Shown here: positions 61,633 through 64,000 of the stretch, piece by piece | Layout: each line of letters begins with the position of its first letter | Position numbering within the stretch: position 1 is the first letter of the stretch | Origin: Edaphobacter sp. | Lineage (GTDB): Bacteria; Acidobacteriota; Terriglobia; Terriglobales; Acidobacteriaceae | Assembly: GCA_036267495.1 (NCBI GenBank) | Contig: DATAVY010000146.1 | Location: 2,756 to 66,755 of the forward strand | DNA: 64,000 bases | Direction: 5' to 3' | Translations under genes and position numbers: made by a program | The notes under the pieces: model-generated | Databases searched by the model: none | Told to the model about the DNA's origin: nothing | The model's input: only the letters and a program-made list of their open reading frames with translations

Positions 61633-63558
61633 ATGTCCTCAAACTTCGGCCCATCTCGATTCGGCGGCGGCATGAAAGCCGCAGACCGCCCCTCGCGTAA
61701 CGCAGGCAAATCCGTGACAGCCGACCTTACCGCGAAACGCCCCAAGCCGAAGCTGAAGAAGGTGATGCCCGAGGTCTGGAAGCTCGTCAAGCCACGTCGG
61801 GCTCTCCTGGGCGGCAGTTTCCTCCTGATGGTCATCAATCGCGCCAGCGGCCTCGTCCTTCCCGCCTCAACAAAGACCCTCATTGACAAGGTCATGTACG
61901 GCCACCAGCTTCGCCTCCTGCCCTGGATCGTGGGCATAGTCGGCATTGCGACGCTGATTCAGGGCATCACCTCCTACACCCTCACGCAAGTCCTCTCGAA
62001 AGCCGGCCAGCGCCTCATCGCCGAACTGCGTATGCAGGTCCAGTCTCACATCGGCCGCCTGCCCGTCGCCTTCTACGACGAGAACCGTACCGGCACCCTC
62101 GTCGCCCGCATCATGACCGACGTGGAAGGCGTACGCAACCTTATAGGGACCGGCGTCATCGACTTTTTCGGAGGCCTCCTCACCGCAGCCTTCGCTTTTG
62201 GCTACCTCATCAAGCTTTCGGTCCAGATGACGATTGTTACCTTTGCCATCCTGCTCCTCTTCGGCCTCATCCTGCAGAAGGCCTTCAAGACAATCCGCCC
62301 CATCTTCCGCGAGCGTGCCAAGATCAACGCCGAAGTTACCGGACGCCTTACCGAGTCGCTCGGTGGCGTTCGCGTCGTCAAGGGCTATCACGCCGAACAG
62401 AGCGAAGCCAAGGTCTTTGCCGCCGGCGCCAACCGCCTGCTCCAGAACGTGATCTCCTCACTCACCGCACAGTCGCTCATGTCGCTCGCCTCTACGGCGG
62501 TCCTTGGCATCGTCGGTACGCTTGTGATGTATCTCGGCGCTCATCAGGTCAACGCCAACCGCCTCACCCCCGGCGGCTATGTCACCTATGTGATGTTCCT
62601 CGCATTCATGATCGCTCCCATCGTCCAGCTCGTCTCCATCGGGACCCAGCTCACTGAGGCGCTCGCCGGGCTCGACCGCACCACCGAAATCCTCTCCGAG
62701 CACGAAGAGGACTCCGAACCTGCTCGCACGAACAGCCTCGATACCATTCGCGGCGACGTCGCCTTCCGCGATGTCACCTTCTCCTACGAGACGGACAAGC
62801 CCGTCCTCCACGGCATCAGTTTCGAGTCGAAACCCGGCACCGTCACCGCTCTCGTCGGCTCTTCAGGCTCCGGCAAATCCACCATCATCTCACTCATTTG
62901 CGCCTTCCACACCGCAACCAGCGGCAAGGTCCTGATTGACGGCATCGATCTCTCCACCATCCGCCTTTCCAGCTATCGTCAGCAGCTCGGCGTCGTCCTC
63001 CAGGAGACCTTCCTATTTGACGGCACGATCCGCGAGAACATCCTGTTCAGCCGTCCCGAGGCTACCAACGAACAGCTCATGGAGGCCTGCCGCATCGCCC
63101 GCGTCGACGAGTTCGCAGAGCGTTTTCCCGAGCAGTATGAAACCGTCGTCGGCGAGCGCGGCGTCAAGCTCTCTGGAGGCCAGCGCCAGCGCATCTCCAT
63201 CGCCCGCGCCATCCTCGCCGATCCACGCATCCTCATCCTCGACGAGGCCACCAGCTCGCTCGACTCCGAGTCCGAGGCCATGATCCAGAACGGCCTCAGC
63301 TACCTTATGCGGGGACGCACCACCTTCGTGATCGCCCACCGTCTCTCAACCATCCGCCGCGCCGACCAGATCCTCGTCGTCGAACAGGGCAACATCATCG
63401 AGCGCGGCACGCACGAGATTCTCTACCAGCTCGGAGGCCGCTACTACGATCTCTACACCCGCCAGCACGGACTCGAAACCAACCTCTTCCTCGCTCCGGG
63501 TGAAGGCGACAAGATCGGCGACGCAGATCTGCAAACGGAGTTGCATGGGATTCGATGA
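61633..63558 (+). CDS. ABC exporter, fused permease/ATPase (MsbA-like)
   Basis: GSSGSGKS, LSGGQRQR, ILDEATS, IAHRLST; GGAG RBS before ATG 61633. Confidence 0.93.
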   Translation: MSSNFGPSRFGGGMKAADRPSRNAGKSVTADLTAKRPKPKLKKVMPEVWKLVKPRRALLGGSFLLMVINRASGLVLPASTKTLIDKVMYGHQLRLLPWIVGIVGIATLIQGITSYTLTQVLSKAGQRLIAELRMQVQSHIGRLPVAFYDENRTGTLVARIMTDVEGVRNLIGTGVIDFFGGLLTAAFAFGYLIKLSVQMTIVTFAILLLFGLILQKAFKTIRPIFRERAKINAEVTGRLTESLGGVRVVKGYHAEQSEAKVFAAGANRLLQNVISSLTAQSLMSLASTAVLGIVGTLVMYLGAHQVNANRLTPGGYVTYVMFLAFMIAPIVQLVSIGTQLTEALAGLDRTTEILSEHEEDSEPARTNSLDTIRGDVAFRDVTFSYETDKPVLHGISFESKPGTVTALVGSSGSGKSTIISLICAFHTATSGKVLIDGIDLSTIRLSSYRQQLGVVLQETFLFDGTIRENILFSRPEATNEQLMEACRIARVDEFAERFPEQYETVVGERGVKLSGGQRQRISIARAILADPRILILDEATSSLDSESEAMIQNGLSYLMRGRTTFVIAHRLSTIRRADQILVVEQGNIIERGTHEILYQLGGRYYDLYTRQHGLETNLFLAPGEGDKIGDADLQTELHGIR

Positions 63559-63764
63559 CGGGTACGTCTGATCTCTGGCGTTCGATGTTGATAGTCTCTA
63601 CCGGCGGCGCTATCGGCGGATCGACATACCGATTTTTCGTATACCTCGTCGCGATGAACCCCATCAAGTTCATCTGTCAAAGCTGCAAATGGGAAAAGGC
63701 GTCGCCTTCTGGAGGTGAGTCTTGATTTTGCCACTAGCCATAAACTTCGTCTTTCTCAAGTGTA

Positions 63765-63842
<78 letters not shown>

Positions 63843-64000
63843 AATTGCAACCTGCTGCTGACTTGGCTCATCCCTGCGTCCTTCGATTCCAAATGAAACT
63901 CAGGGATGCCCATGCAACAACAGGAATAAGTCTATCAGATAGCACTCGCCTATCGATTGAACGGCGGCGCCAGGAGCAAAAAGTCCGCCGCTTACCTCAT

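Overview
Bacterial, GC-rich window whose gene families (large carboxypeptidase-domain TonB receptors, CusF-SCO fusion, heptamer intergenic repeats) suggest an Acidobacteriota genome; the taxon is inferred. In order: larC/larE, a lipoprotein, a Zn-phospholipase C with an apparent ATT start, TlpA, a CE12 esterase and ispG. Next come a truncated tRNA and an atypical tRNA-Arg(CCT), a porin-cytochrome c pair and a glycan-utilisation locus (TonB receptor, TPR protein, CE15, GH35). The main accessory block (about 20.1-37.2 kb) holds a LutH-like TonB receptor, SDR/SRPBCC/Zn-dehydrogenase genes, a lanthanide-type lipoprotein PQQ dehydrogenase (xoxF-xoxJ-cytochrome c) in one operon with a caa3-type oxidase, and a Tat-signal SDR. 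The oxidase subunit I keeps its metal ligands but lacks the canonical D- and K-channel residues. Housekeeping genes follow: ABC exporter, hemW, ltaE, a two-component pair, phoBR-pstSCAB-phoU, addAB, MFS, SCO, a second ABC exporter and tRNA-Asp. No integrase, transposase, rRNA or CRISPR array was seen. All family calls come from motif recognition by eye; no database searches were run.
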